Assembly (NCBI RefSeq): GCF_006345805.1
Contig: NC_043002.1
Span: 52,638,001-52,702,000, forward strand
Origin: Octopus sinensis
Lineage: Eukaryota
DNA: 64,000 bases
Direction of reading: 5' to 3'
Below, piece by piece: positions 13,648-26,843 of the stretch (positions are counted from its first letter, which is position 1; the number at the start of each line of letters is the position of its first letter). The notes under the pieces were generated by a model that saw nothing but the letters and a program-made list of their open reading frames with translations, was not told the origin of the DNA and searched no databases. A program made the translations under genes and the position numbers.

Positions 13648-14705
13648 TATTATTATTATTATTATTATTATTATCAGAGTTGCGGCTGTTACTGTTATTA
13701 ATAGGTTGTTGTTTTGGTTTTTTTTTATTTATAATCGATTTTGCGTAAACCTTGCTAGCTTTAAAATTTATTGTTCATATCCCTTCATCTGTCGTCTTTG
13801 TGGTTGTCAAAGGAATTGTCAGGGTTTTTGTTGCTGTTCTTGTTGTTGTTGATGACGATTTTGTTGCTATTGTTGTAGTTGCTGTTGTATACTTCGATTA
13901 TCCCAGCTTTCAATGTGTTCTTCTGTTGTTTCTATTTAAAATAACGTAATTTTTTGTTAGCAAACTGTTTTTTAAACGTCAGCAAATATTTTTTCAGTTT
14001 ATTCTACTTTTCCAGTCTATTTGTTTGTTTATGTCAATAAGACATCTTTGCTGCCATTTCAAAATCCTAACAGCTTCTACTTCTTTTGACATGTGTTATA
14101 ATGCATTTTGCTATAGCTAATGATCCGTCATTGCTGTGTCAGCAGCACTATGGAGGAAAACGATGTTAGCAACCCAGTTTTATTCTTCGCTTTAACCATT
14201 CTTCTTTACTTTTTTGTTATAGCTAGCTGAGGAGAGAAAGGACATCGTCCGTGACATTTTGCGATGACTCCGGGACTTGTGAGAAATCGGTGAAGAAGAA
14301 ACCATGGATAAAAGTGTTGCAAATGAAATATAGCAAGAAGCAGCTGCATCGTGATATTGAGTTACCATCTGATTGGAAACCTACCCCATAATGCTTATAC
14401 CAAACTTGACTCAGTTAAAGATATCTAAGGGTTAAGAGCTGGCCCGAAACCTTTTCACGGATTAAGTCTACTTCCTACCATCACCACGAATTGCTACATT
14501 TCATACTAAGGGCTTCCTCACAATTTTAATCTACCTGATTGCAGTCAAAATGTTTGTTAGACCCGAGCCTATGATGAAGACTCTTGCTTAAGGTACTTTT
14601 GCTCGATGAAAGTGAACTTCAAACTATATTATTGCAAAACAAACTTCTTAAATATACAGTCATTACTTCTTAAGTTGTTATTGTTTTTGTTATATATACA
14701 TATAT

Positions 14706-14741
<36 letters not shown>

Positions 14742-15096
14742 AAATGAGATAGGGGTTGAAAATTCAACCACCATGGGATAATATATATCCAATATACTGC
14801 CAGATAGGTACCCAACAAGATTAATACATAGATGTTAAAAATTGTCAAACAATCAGTTCATCTATTGTATTATATGGGTAAAGGTAATAATATTACCGTA
14901 AATTAATACTACAAAATTAGAGAATGGAGAAACATACTTAAATCAATAAAACATCAACTATCCGATGATACCCAATCAATACTTTAATACACCATTACAT
15001 ATGAGTAAAGGCATTATACAAAATGAGATATACAGTAATAGTAAAAAGATAAAGAGATATAAGTAAAAAATTTCAAATATAATATGCAATTAAATC

Positions 15097-15212
15097 AAAA
15101 CTGACAGCTGTTTCGGCAGTGAGGGCAGTCATACCTCATTTAACCTCTAAGCCATAAAGGCAGGTATAAATGAGGCATTAACAAGGATGCCCCACGGCCT
15201 CTTCAGAGAATT
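15097..15212 (-). ncRNA. Type I hammerhead ribozyme motif with extended stem II (left-arm copy)
   Basis: Mirror image of 15533-15648. Confidence 0.7.
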
Positions 15213-15532
15213 AAATTAAATTTGTTATAATTGTGAAAAATATTATATAACCATATACATATAAATATAAAAATATAAAAATGTAAAATATAAAAACTTA
15301 TATATCATAATGCTACACGTGTAGCATTATGATATATAATGTGAAAAATATTATATAACCATATACATATAAATATAAAAATATAAAAATGTAAAATATA
15401 AAAACTTATATATCATAATGCTACACGTGTAGCATTATGATATATAAGTTTTTATATTTTACATTTTTATATTTTTATATTTATATGTATATGGTTATAT
15501 AATATTTTTCACAATTATAACAAATTTAATTT

Positions 15533-15648
15533 AATTCTCTGAAGAGGCCGTGGGGCATCCTTGTTAATGCCTCATTTATACCTGCCTTTATGGCTTAGAG
15601 GTTAAATGAGGTATGACTGCCCTCACTGCCGAAACAGCTGTCAGTTTT
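15533..15648 (+). ncRNA. Type I hammerhead ribozyme motif with extended stem II (right-arm copy)
   Basis: CUGAAGA 15539-15545, GGC...GCC closing stem II around a long paired insert, GAAAC 15631-15635, palindromic ACAGCUGU stem III, GUC 15640-15642. Stem I is weak. Confidence 0.7.
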
Positions 15649-16145
15649 GATTTAATTGCATATTATATTTGAAATTTTTTACTTATATCTCTTTATCTTT
15701 TTACTATTACTGTATATCTCATTTTGTATAATGCCTTTACTCATATGTAATGGTGTATTAAAGTATTGATTGGGTATCATCGGATAGTTGATGTTTTATT
15801 GATTTAAGTATGTTTCTCCATTCTCTAATTTTGTAGTATATATATATATACAAATTTATGTAAATAAGGATAAGATCGATATTTAAATACCGATCTTATT
15901 AGGTGGCCAGCATGGAAATGAAAACCTTTCAAAGCTAATGATTATTTACAATTATAATTTAGAATATTAGGTAATAATAGTTGAACATTTTACAAGACTT
16001 CGAAAAACTGAAGGACTGCTGCAATCAGTGTGTATCTGAGAGGGAGATATGTTGAATAAAATCACAATTAACTGATCATCCTGTATTTTCTCTTACTTAA
16101 AGCTAGGAACTTTTAGCACCTCCTCGTAGCTATAACACTTTGCAG

Positions 16146-16756
16146 GGTCTCCACAGCTGGTAAAAACAAGGGTGAAATTATCCTCGGACAAGAGATCTAG
16201 TTCGAATGCTTGCAATAACAAGATTGCAATAACAAGATTAACAAGGAATATGGTGGTGTTAAACCGGAAGACGGATTAAACCTACTACTTAAAAATGGCA
16301 ACAGTCCCTCTGAGAAGTTTGTACACAATATTCATCAACCAAATTTCAGGTACAAGGTTTTGATTAATTCCAACAGACCTCTTAGTTGATAATGCATTTA
16401 TTTTACATGTATGGAATTTTCTTTGTTATACTTTAGTGTTGTGTGAGTATATTTTCGTGTAATGTTATAGGATAATGTTCACTGGAGACAGGTTAGGCAT
16501 GTAGACGTAACTCTAAAAGGTTTGTAGAATTACAGGTACTGCACTCTTCCCCTCTACCAGAACGCCATCTTTCAGCTAGATAATACAGTAAGTTAACAAA
16601 GCGCTCACTAATTGTAATCAGTCCTACAAAAGTGGAAAAAGTACTACCAAAGTGAATAATCATAACGAGACAGAATTTAATTACAGAAGTGACCATTGCT
16701 TTCAGCAAGGTTCCAAATGGTACCTGGCGATTATGCTACCTTCTCTGAAAGCGGAG
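16146..16756 (+). pseudogene. Three phase-compatible candidate exons (16146-16349, 16536-16587, 16706-16756) of an unidentified gene; the first is frameshifted by a 14-bp duplication
   Basis: AG/GT boundaries; phases 1-2, 2-0 and 0-0 chain; conceptual peptide ...KINKEYGGVKPEDGLNLLLKNGNSPSEKFVHNIHQPNFR-YCTLPLYQNAIFQLDNT-QGSKWYLAIMLPSLKAE. No homology recognised. Confidence 0.4.
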
Positions 16757-16857
16757 GTAATTCCAATAAATTAATAATTCATATTCTATACTATTTATGA
16801 TATCTTTTGTTTTACACTCTCCCACACGCACACATACACACACACAAACAAATACAT

Positions 16858-17052
<195 letters not shown>

Positions 17053-17600
17053 AGCCAATGTTTCCAGTGATGTTCGGGCATTTTATGGAAAAACACAAAT
17101 CAGTAACGTGAAGATTTTGGCACACTTTACAAATGTGTAAGGTTTTTAGGCATTTATTATGAATAAAGTAGGAATTACTGTAAAATGGTTTAGTTCATTT
17201 ACTTAGTCATTCCAGATCCTCGTTGCTATTCTTGACTTTGTTCTGTGGTACTACGATGAAGGGATTAACTGTATTCCTAACCTTTGAAGTACCAGCATAA
17301 AGCTGATCATATGAAAAGGCAGGATCAGTTCAACAATTTTCGATGTTTACCCTTAAGATATATTGATTGTCTCGGTCAAAGCGAAACTGAACCCGAAAGG
17401 AAACTGAGTTCTTCGAAATCCAAATAGCAAGCAAGATGACTTCGACAATATTCTTAGCATGAAATAATTGCCACCAGCAAGTTTTCCTGACATAACTGTG
17501 TTCTCCATAATATAAAGCACAATTTTGGTGATGAGACAGTGAGGCAAAGTTTTGAAGAATTCAAATTAGAAAATAGCACAACCGATGTTCTAAGCATAAG

Positions 17601-17845
17601 CCGTGGCACCTTTGGCAAGTGCCTTCTTTTATAGCTTTTGGCTGGCCAAAGCCTTGTGACTGGATTTGCTAGGTAGAAATTGAAAGAAGCACTAATGTGT
17701 GTGGTGGATGTATTTATGCCTATCTTTGTCCCCCACACCTCTTGACAACTCGTGCTGGTTTGTTTACGTCCACATACCAGCCTTTTTTAAAAAATACTGG
17801 GTTCGATTCGTTCGACTAAAATTCTTCAAGGCAGTGCCACAGTAC
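17601..17845 (+). mobile_element. Truncated bipartite SINE
   Basis: gtggcacctttggcaagtgc...gaaattgaaagaagc head followed by cttgacaactcgtgctgg... tail fragment. Confidence 0.65.
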
Positions 17846-18640
17846 AGAGGAGAAAATTATTCATGCATAGAGTATCATTGTCTGTTGTCATAGCAAAATG
17901 AACTTACTTCAGCTTCTGCATTTGAATGAATGAGTAAGCTGTGTGTATCAGGTTTTGAGGGAGTTTTCTTTAACTTAATATATGCTGCTTCGGTAACTTC
18001 TGTTAATGTAACATCAACTCAATTCATGAGCCTTTTTCACAAGCATTTTCTGTAAAAGGAACACTATGTTGTTTCCGACAGTTGCATTTAATTTGTAACA
18101 GTTGTGTAATATTGCTTTTTATTGTTTTACTTTGCTTCAAGACATGTGAGCTTGTATCATCCAGGCAGTGGTTCCTGACGTTTATTGAATTTTTATTAAA
18201 TATTTTATATGTATACGAAGCGATGAGGTGTTTGCATAATTATACACATCACGTGTATCTATTTGTTCATTAGACAGGCAAAAATTTGTGTGTGTGTATA
18301 AACAGAGAAAGAAAGACCTAGGTAGAATGCACTAGATAAAGGCATGAATGTGTATATACATATATATGTTTATACATATGTGTGTGTGTCTGTGCGTGTT
18401 TGTATATTGTGAAAGCGTAAAGTGTGTGGGTGAAGTCAATAAGGCGGATTTATCAATAGAGACAAATATACTTGTGTTATATTTGCCTATATCAAACACA
18501 TTTGACAAACCGATGAGTAAGAAAAAGCAAATAAAAACGAATATCATTCTTGCATTGAATACCAATAAATATATATTTATATGTTGGAGAGGTTCATACG
18601 CATGTAAATATGGACGAAATGCAGATGAATATAAACGGTG

Positions 18641-18716
<76 letters not shown>

Positions 18717-18939
18717 TAATAATAATAATAATAATATTAATAATAATAATAACAATATACACGTATGTATCACTTTTACGTATTTACTTCTTTCCCTCAT
18801 TCTTTCTTTCTGTTTTTATGCGTGTGTATGAGAGACAGAGAGAGTGTGTGTGTGTATGCTTGAATATATACAAATATATAAACACACATGCGCGCACACA
18901 CGCACATATATATATATATATAAGTAGACATAAATACAT

Positions 18940-18993
<54 letters not shown>

Positions 18994-19117
18994 CTATATA
19001 TTCATATGCAAATATATATACACATATATGTTCATATATATTTGCATGCATATATATACACGTATGTGTGTGGTGAATAAATGTACACACACACACACGC
19101 ACACATACACATACACA

Positions 19118-19154
<37 letters not shown>

Positions 19155-19364
19155 TTATATGTTTGTATTAATGCATGTATGTATGTTCGTGCGCTTGTAT
19201 GTATGTATGTATGTATGTATGTATGTATGTATGTATGTATGTATGTATGTATATGGCCGCTATGGCATTTGTAATTGACTAGACTATCCATTCCCCTACT
19301 CTAGAACCAGCCAATGTGTATGCAAGGTTCTTTCTTTCTATCCATCTGCAATATTTACCTATAG

Positions 19365-19442
19365 AAGAAATGCTGACAAAATATCGCGACCTTTTCAGCA
19401 GCGAGAACAGTATTGCAGATCAGAAACTGCTCTTGTCATTTG
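19365..19442 (+). CDS. Candidate 78-bp symmetric (phase 1-1) coding exon of an unidentified gene
   Basis: Acceptor tttacctatag|, donor ttg|gtaaat, open frame EMLTKYRDLFSSENSIADQKLLLSF. Confidence 0.5.
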
Positions 19443-19952
19443 GTAAATACATAACGTAACCTTCCCTTAATCTAATGCATAAATCTGAAGTACACTGAAG
19501 TATATCTGAATAAGAGTGCTTAATGGGAAAATCCTTTCACGTCTTTCATTTGGAGCAGGCATTAGTTTTGAGTTTTGTCATCGGTATTGTTGAATCGTTT
19601 GCTTGTTATTGCTCTTGTCCTTCATTTTTTCTTCTTCCTTCTCTTCGTATTATTATTATCATCATCATGATCACCACCATCATCACCATCATTATCTCTA
19701 TTATTGTCGTCGTCGTTGTCGTCGTCGTTGATGTTGACAAATGGCAGATTCGTGAGAGCATCGAAAAAATTATTTGTGATATTTATTCCGGCTTTTTTTA
19801 CGTTCTAAATTCAAATCGCGCCGAGTTTGACTTTGCCTGTCATTCTTTCAGGATTGTTAAAATAAGCGGCTGTTGAGTACTGGGACCGATATGATCGATT
19901 AGGCTTCGCACAGCAAATTTTGGGTTTTGTACCTGTAGCTGACAGAAAAAGT

Positions 19953-19985
<33 letters not shown>

Positions 19986-20084
19986 CACCACTACTACCAC
20001 TACTGTTATTATTATTATTATTATTATGGCAGCGAACTAGCAAAATCGTTAGCACAATGGGCGAAATGCTTGAGAGGGAGGCAC

Positions 20085-20672
20085 TTTGAAAGAGGCTTCG
20101 TTTGATGTTGATTTTATTAGATTGGCTCGTCCCATTACTATGATGTAGAAGGAGACGTGTATTCCACTTGTAAGAATTTGCAGACGACAGGAGAGATCTT
20201 ATATACCTCAAGGTCTTTGAGTGGCCAATTATGTGAGACACTATAAACGCTTGCCTGTAGTCGATCCATGCCATACTCAGGTTCTTTTTGTTACGGCAAT
20301 TATATAAAACCATTTTATTTAAGAGTAATTGATTTTTGCATCCATAAGAATTCCTTTTACAACCTTTTTGAGCTTGTGGAAGGATAGAGTTCCGTTCAAG
20401 GAAAGTGTATATTCTTTCAGTTAGTATGGATGTCAGGATCTTGTAGGTGGTGTTGAGACATGTCGGTAGTTCTTTGGATTTTTCCTGTCTTCAGTTTTTG
20501 GTAGGAAGGTATATTGTTCCTTCGGTCAGCTTGGCAGTATTTGCTCTGGGTTCTGGATGATATCAGTTAGGGATGCAGCAAAATGTTCGTGTACTTCTGT
20601 GAAACAATTCAACCAGAAGTTAGTGATCTGGTCCAGTCCTGGAATTTTCCATTTGTGAGACTTTCTAAAAAC
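20085..20672 (-). mobile_element. R4/Dong-like RT fragment
   Basis: KIPGLDQITNFWL, NKKNLSMAWIDYRQAF, YKWNTRL, INIKRSLFQ on the minus strand; decayed. Confidence 0.75.
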
Positions 20673-21137
20673 ACGTCTGATAACAGTATGCCAGGCACAT
20701 GCATCACAACCATATGTGCGCGATATAGGGATATCATACCAATATAATAAAGCATGACCTTGCAGGTGGTGCCCAGTTAGAATTTTCTTCACATCAGGTA
20801 GGGCATTCTTCTCAAAAGGCCCCAGAATAAAGTTTGTTTAAGGATGATGAACAAAATATGTTTCCAGAGGTGAATTATTCAAACACCAAAGAATCCCTTT
20901 CAACACATGGCTATGATGCTTCATCCCTCGCCACCTACTACTGCTCGTGATCAGAGATGCACATGCTGTCATGTTCAACTGGTTAATGTCAAGCAACTAA
21001 CAAGCAAATCTGTGGCATTGAGCAGAATATTTGTTGTAGCCCATCTTTTATACCAAGACACAATATGTACATGATAATACTTCCAATCAAGTAAGATCAA
21101 AAGCCATGAGAGCCACTGCCTGGTACAGCATTAGGGT
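20673..21137 (-). mobile_element. 5' part of a non-coding retroposon (same family as 24578-25131), joined to the RT fragment
   Basis: Shares ccaggcacatgcatcacaacc...atgagagccactgcctggtac with 24667-25120. Confidence 0.75.
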
Positions 21138-21139
21138 AT

Positions 21140-21210
<71 letters not shown>

Positions 21211-21211
21211 T

Positions 21212-21255
<44 letters not shown>

Positions 21256-21256
21256 T

Positions 21257-21309
<53 letters not shown>

Positions 21310-21310
<1 letters not shown>

Positions 21311-21588
21311 AGCCAGCGAACTGGCTAAATCGTTAGCACACTGGGTAAAATGCATAGCGATATTACATTCGGCTTTACTTTCTGAGTTCAAATTCCGCTG
21401 CGGTCGACTTTACCTTTCATCCTTTCAGTGTCGATAAAATAAGTACCCGTTGAGCCCTGGGGTAGACGTAATCGCATTATCCCCTCCCACAAAATTTCTG
21501 ACTTTTCATGCTTCTGGAATCAATAAAATTGATTTCCTCAAAATTTGTGGCCTTCTGCCTGAATTAAAAGCAATAATAATAAATATTA

Positions 21589-21677
<89 letters not shown>

Positions 21678-22314
21678 TATTATTATCACTAAGGCGGCGA
21701 GCAGACAGAATCGTTAGCACACGGGGCGAAATGCTTAGTTGTATTTCGCCCGTTACTACGTTCTGAGGTCAAATACCGCCAAGGTCGACTTTTCCTTTCA
21801 TCCTTCCGGAGTCGATAAATTAAGTAGCAGTGAAACATCGGGGTCGATGTAATCGACGTGTCCCCTCCCCCAAAATTTCAGGCCTTGTGCTTATAGCAGA
21901 AAGGATTATTATTATTACTAAAGCGGCGAGTTGGCAGACACGTTAGCACGCCAGGCGAAATGCTTAGCTGTATTTCGCCCGTTAATATGTTCTGAGGTCA
22001 AATTCCGCCGAGGTCAACTTTGCCTTTCATCCTTTCGGGGTCGATTAAATAAGTACCAGTTATGCACTGTAGTCGATATAATCGAGTTAATCCGTTTGTC
22101 TGTCCTTGTTTGTCCCCCCTGTGTGTAGCCCCTTGTGAGTAGTAAAGAAATAGATATTTCGTCTGCTGCTACGTTCTGAGTCCAAATTCGGCCGAGGTCG
22201 ACTTTGCCATTCATCCTCTCGTGGTCGATTAAATAAGTGCCAGTTAAATACTGGGGTCAATGTAATCAACTTACCCCCCTCCCCACAAGATGCCCTAGTG
22301 GCAAAAATTTGAAA

Positions 22315-22318
<4 letters not shown>
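21310..22318 (+). mobile_element. Cluster of three tRNA-derived SINEs with (ATT)n tails (21310-21575, 21691-21907, dimeric 21921-22318)
   Basis: aaggcggcgag..gcagaatcgttagcac head; gttctgag.tcaaattccgccgaggtcgactttgcctttcatcc core; (ATT)n after each copy. Confidence 0.85.
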
Positions 22319-22413
<95 letters not shown>

Positions 22414-22414
22414 T

Positions 22415-22740
22415 ATGTTTGACTTTTGCTTTATGTCTGTACTAGTTGGCTCCAAGTCTCACCCAGAGACCTCAGGAGACAACAGGTTGGAAGTTCTGTG
22501 TCATATATTTGGGTTTTTTTTTCTTTCTTTTTTTGGTGTTGTACTAGTGAATGTCTAATACATAAAATAAATAAAATAAAATAAAAAAATAAAATAAATA
22601 AAAAAGTTTGTTTTAAACCTTGGGATTACATAGAGAGTATTTTGCGTAGGATATGAGCATTTCCCATGAGCACTATCTTTTGAATTTCTGCCATTTTGGG
22701 GTTTCCTGGTATCTGAGTTATAATGAGTAACCAGCGATTA
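22415..22740 (-). mobile_element. 3'-terminal fragment of an RLE-type (R4/Dong-like) LINE in (TAA)n
   Basis: Minus strand encodes ...PKMAEIQKIVLMGNAHILRKILSM*, paralleling the C-terminus of the 7912-11648 element; (ATT)n on both sides. Confidence 0.7.
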
Positions 22741-22781
22741 ATACGATTATTATACTACTACTACTACTACTACTACTACTA

Positions 22782-22850
<69 letters not shown>

Positions 22851-23485
22851 TATTATTATTATTAATACTCACTTTTAATGTCTCACGTTGGATATGTATT
22901 TATTTGTTTTACGTAATTTTTTAGAATAATACTATCGTCCACGTTATCTGCCTAACCAACCGCGATACGCTACTCTCCCAGGATAGACAGCTATTACGTA
23001 AAACTCACCGATTTTGACACTTGTATATAACTGTTTCTGTTATTTTTCTTGTTGCTTTCCACCACTATATCCGTCAATATTATCTTGGGATGTGGTGTAA
23101 AACATTACAGAGTCAAAGCAACGTGTAAGTCACTTCATAATGGACACCATCTGTGCACTACAGAGAAATATGCATATGTATGTATGAAAATTTATATTTT
23201 CAAAATATATCCCAATAGATATGTCTCTAGAATTTTGATAATTCGCCAGAAATTTGGCGATTCTTGAATATGGGACATTTCTTTTACTTTTGTCATCCTG
23301 CACTTAATATTCTTGTCTTTGGTGACCAATGAAATTTTTTTTTTTTTTGAGAGACGTACCCGTTAGAAACTTATCTGTCATAGGTTTGAAATATTTCACA
23401 TTATTATTCATTTTTGTTGTTGTATATATGGATATATATGCATACGCATGCACATAGGTATATATACATATATGTACATATATTC

Positions 23486-23574
<89 letters not shown>

Positions 23575-23576
<2 letters not shown>

Positions 23577-23760
23577 CTGTTCTTTCTAGCGTAAAAGATT
23601 CCTATGATGGAAACCTCTTAATGTGTTTAAATGTACACTGTATTTTATATGAATAATATATAGTCTATTGACTGAATTTTTCTATATGCTAGACCGCTGG
23701 TAGTAAACATTTCTAAAACCTTTATTAACCTAATATTATTAATCATTTATATAAATGCAT
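23575..23760 (+). mobile_element. (TA)n-adjacent fragment of the family at 35820-36047
   Basis: tctttctagcg...atgtgtttaaatgtacactgtat matches the reverse complement of 35820-35890. Confidence 0.55.
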
Positions 23761-23976
23761 ATATTCTTTAAATATATAGGTGCTTGCATACAGACAATAT
23801 TTATATATATATACATACATATATTCTTTATAAGTATATATGTGTGTGTGTGTGTGCGCGCGCTTGTATGTGTGTATGTATGTATCTATGTATGAATATA
23901 TGTGTTTGTATGTATCTATTTCTCCCTGTATGTATATATTTACTTACAAACATTCTTATATTCTTATAGTTTCCCT

Positions 23977-24025
<49 letters not shown>

Positions 24026-24264
24026 CCTCTTGTCTATCTACTTATCTACCTATCTGCCTATCTGCCTATCTACCTGCCTACCTGTCTACCTATATACCTA
24101 CCTGTCTACATATATACCTACCTGTCTAACATTTTGCACATCTTACCTGCCTGCCAAACAAAAATACTTCTTTATATGCCTAAGGAATTTGCTACTGACT
24201 GCTCCAGGGATTTACGTACTATTCAAGGCCATTTTTATATTTTGTTAACCACGAAGCATCACAC

Positions 24265-24466
24265 GATACGTACAAACACACCGAGCAAAATGCTTAGCAG
24301 CATTTCGTCCGTCTCTACGTTCTGAGTTCAAATTCAGCCAAGGTTGACTTTACCTTCCATTCTTTCAGGGTCGATAAATTAAGTACCAGTCAAACACTGG
24401 GGTCGTTTTAATCGACTAGTCCCCTCCCAGTAAATTTCAGACCTTATGCCTATAGAGGAAAAGATT
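24265..24466 (+). mobile_element. tRNA-derived SINE with (ATT)n tail
   Basis: Same core as 21691-21907. Confidence 0.8.
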
Positions 24467-24532
24467 ATTGTTGTTATTATTATAATTATTATTATTATTA
24501 TTATTATCATTATTATTATTATTATTATTATT

Positions 24533-24576
<44 letters not shown>

Positions 24577-24577
24577 T

Positions 24578-25130
24578 GAGTGAGAGAGCAGTGCATACCA
24601 TGAAAGTGGCACTGGGGTAAAATATACGAAGCCCAGTATATACCCATCATGACTACCCGTCTACACCAGGCACATGCATCACAACCTTATATGCGCGACA
24701 TGGTGATCTCATATCAAGATAAATAGCGCATGACCTTGCAGGTGAGGCCAGTGCTAGAATTTTCTTCAGGCCGAGTAACACATCCCGCTCAAAAGGTCTC
24801 TGAATAAGGGTTGTTTAAGGATGTTAAACGAAACTCCTATGTTTCCAAGTGTGAATTATCCAAACCCCAAAGAATTCCTCTCAACACATGGCTATGATGC
24901 AATGCTCCCCCACTACTTTTGCTCATAATCAGAGAAGCACATATCGTCAGCCAGCAAAGAACATGGTCAAGTGGTTAAGGTCAAACAGCTGACAAGCAAA
25001 TCTGTGGTATTGAGCAGAATATTTGCTGTAGCCTATCGTTTATACCAAGACAAAACAATGTACATGATAACACTTCCAATCAGTTAAGATCAGAAGCCAT
25101 GAGAGCCACTGCCTGGTACTGCATCAGGGC

Positions 25131-25131
<1 letters not shown>
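24578..25131 (-). mobile_element. ~550-bp non-coding retroposon inserted in (AAT/GAT)n
   Basis: Second partial copy at 20673-21137; trinucleotide arrays on both sides; no ORF. Confidence 0.75.
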
Positions 25132-25200
<69 letters not shown>

Positions 25201-25236
25201 ATCATCATCATCATCATCATCATCTCATCATCATCA

Positions 25237-25268
<32 letters not shown>

Positions 25269-25296
25269 GTCGTCGTCGTCGTCATCATCATCATCA

Positions 25297-25336
<40 letters not shown>

Positions 25337-26094
25337 GAGTGAGCGCGGATACCTTTTGTGATAAGGGTAATCCTGGATCTGTAGAGTTCTTTAACTGACT
25401 CTAGTTGGAGGTTCTCATATATCAGGAGCACTGTTATTCATGAGCTCCTATACTTTGTATGCACTGTAAACTTTTATCTCATTTCATTGCCTTTTTCTTT
25501 TCTTTCCTCTCATCATTTATGTAAGTCCTCCGCACAAACTGTACACTCTCATTGTGATATACCCCCTGAATATGCCCCTGCCGCAAAATAAGAAATCATT
25601 ATCATTGTTGCTGTTATTGTTGCAGTTGTTGTTGTTGTTTTCTTTGTCTGTGAGCTGACCAGCTTTGTGATAGCAGCCAATGCGGTGAAACTGAGAGCTC
25701 GATCAATGGCACGACAACAGTCAATGTTCCCATCAGCAGCACGAACGTCATTAGCCGTGTCGTTGTTTCGACCCGAGATCATTTTTGATGAGGAAAAGTC
25801 AGCTAGTCAAAGGCATTTCATTTACGACCATCAAATCTATTTCCCCCGTGTTTACGTTACCCAGTGTTTACGTTACCCAGTGTTTACGTTACCCAGAATG
25901 TTCTTTTATAAGCAGATGGGAGACTATTTGACTGAGATTTAACTGCTATTTCTAATAATTCCAGCGACCAGTCACCGAATGTGCCGTTGTTTTCTTCAAT
26001 GTTGTTAACGCTGGCGGCGACGACATAATAATTCGTTTTGATAAAGTCACATCTAACAAAAAGAAACCAAACAAGTGAACTACTACGAAAATGT

Positions 26095-26197
26095 GGCTTG
26101 TAGTAGTAGTAGTAGTAGCAGCAGCAGCAGTAGTAGCGGTAGTAGTCGTAGTAGTAGTAGTAGTAGTAGTAGTAGCGGTAGTAGTGGTAGTAGTAGT

Positions 26198-26229
<32 letters not shown>

Positions 26230-26242
26230 TAGTAGTAGTAGC

Positions 26243-26310
<68 letters not shown>

Positions 26311-26335
26311 CAGTAGTAGCAGCAGCAGCAGTAGA
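26095..26335. repeat. (GTA/GCA)n trinucleotide array
   Basis: Direct reading; a similar (AGT)n array lies at 21140-21310. Confidence 0.95.
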
Positions 26336-26800
26336 TGTTGTTGCTCTTCATTTTGTTGCACTTCATTCAGCATCTCCATTTTTTTTACTTCCTTTTATTC
26401 TTAAAAATTTGAGGCTTTATTTAGTTCTCTATAGAATAACTAAAGCTATCTATCGACTAAATAATAATTTTCTATACGCATTTCATACATTTAAATATAT
26501 ACATTTTACGTAAACATCTCTAGGTATATCATTATCTTTATTCATTGACGATATGATAATGTGCTGAGATCCACCCAAAATGTATCATTCCCAACTACTT
26601 CCACTCCTTGTGTTGTTGTGTGTATGTAATTGCGTGTATACACACACACATACAGACGCACACATGCACACGCACACACATACACACACACACACAAATA
26701 CATGCATATATATATATATATATGAATGTATAAATGTATGTATATGAATATGTATATGTATGTGTATATGAGCATATATACACATACATACATACAGACA

Positions 26801-26843
<43 letters not shown>

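Larger units (their letters stand above)
14741..15839. mobile_element. (TA)n-flanked Penelope-type element arranged as a palindrome with 413-bp arms
   Basis: 14906-15318 is the reverse complement of 15427-15839 with no mismatch seen; the 108-bp centre is 20 bp of fold-back plus a duplicate of 15232-15318. Confidence 0.85.

Noticed and set aside
15902-15935. GGQHGNE, resembling an M14/aspartoacylase zinc motif
   Set aside because: Seven residues only, with no donor site and no downstream M14 motifs.
25076-25123. Patchy similarity to U2 snRNA (atcagttaagatcaga; cctggtactgca)
   Set aside because: Only two short blocks with the wrong spacing; the stem-loop IIa pairing is absent; no U2 5' end or Sm site.
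25549-25942. Overlapping small ORFs on both strands
   Set aside because: No frame stands out, no recognisable motif, and the region is partly (GTT)n-derived.
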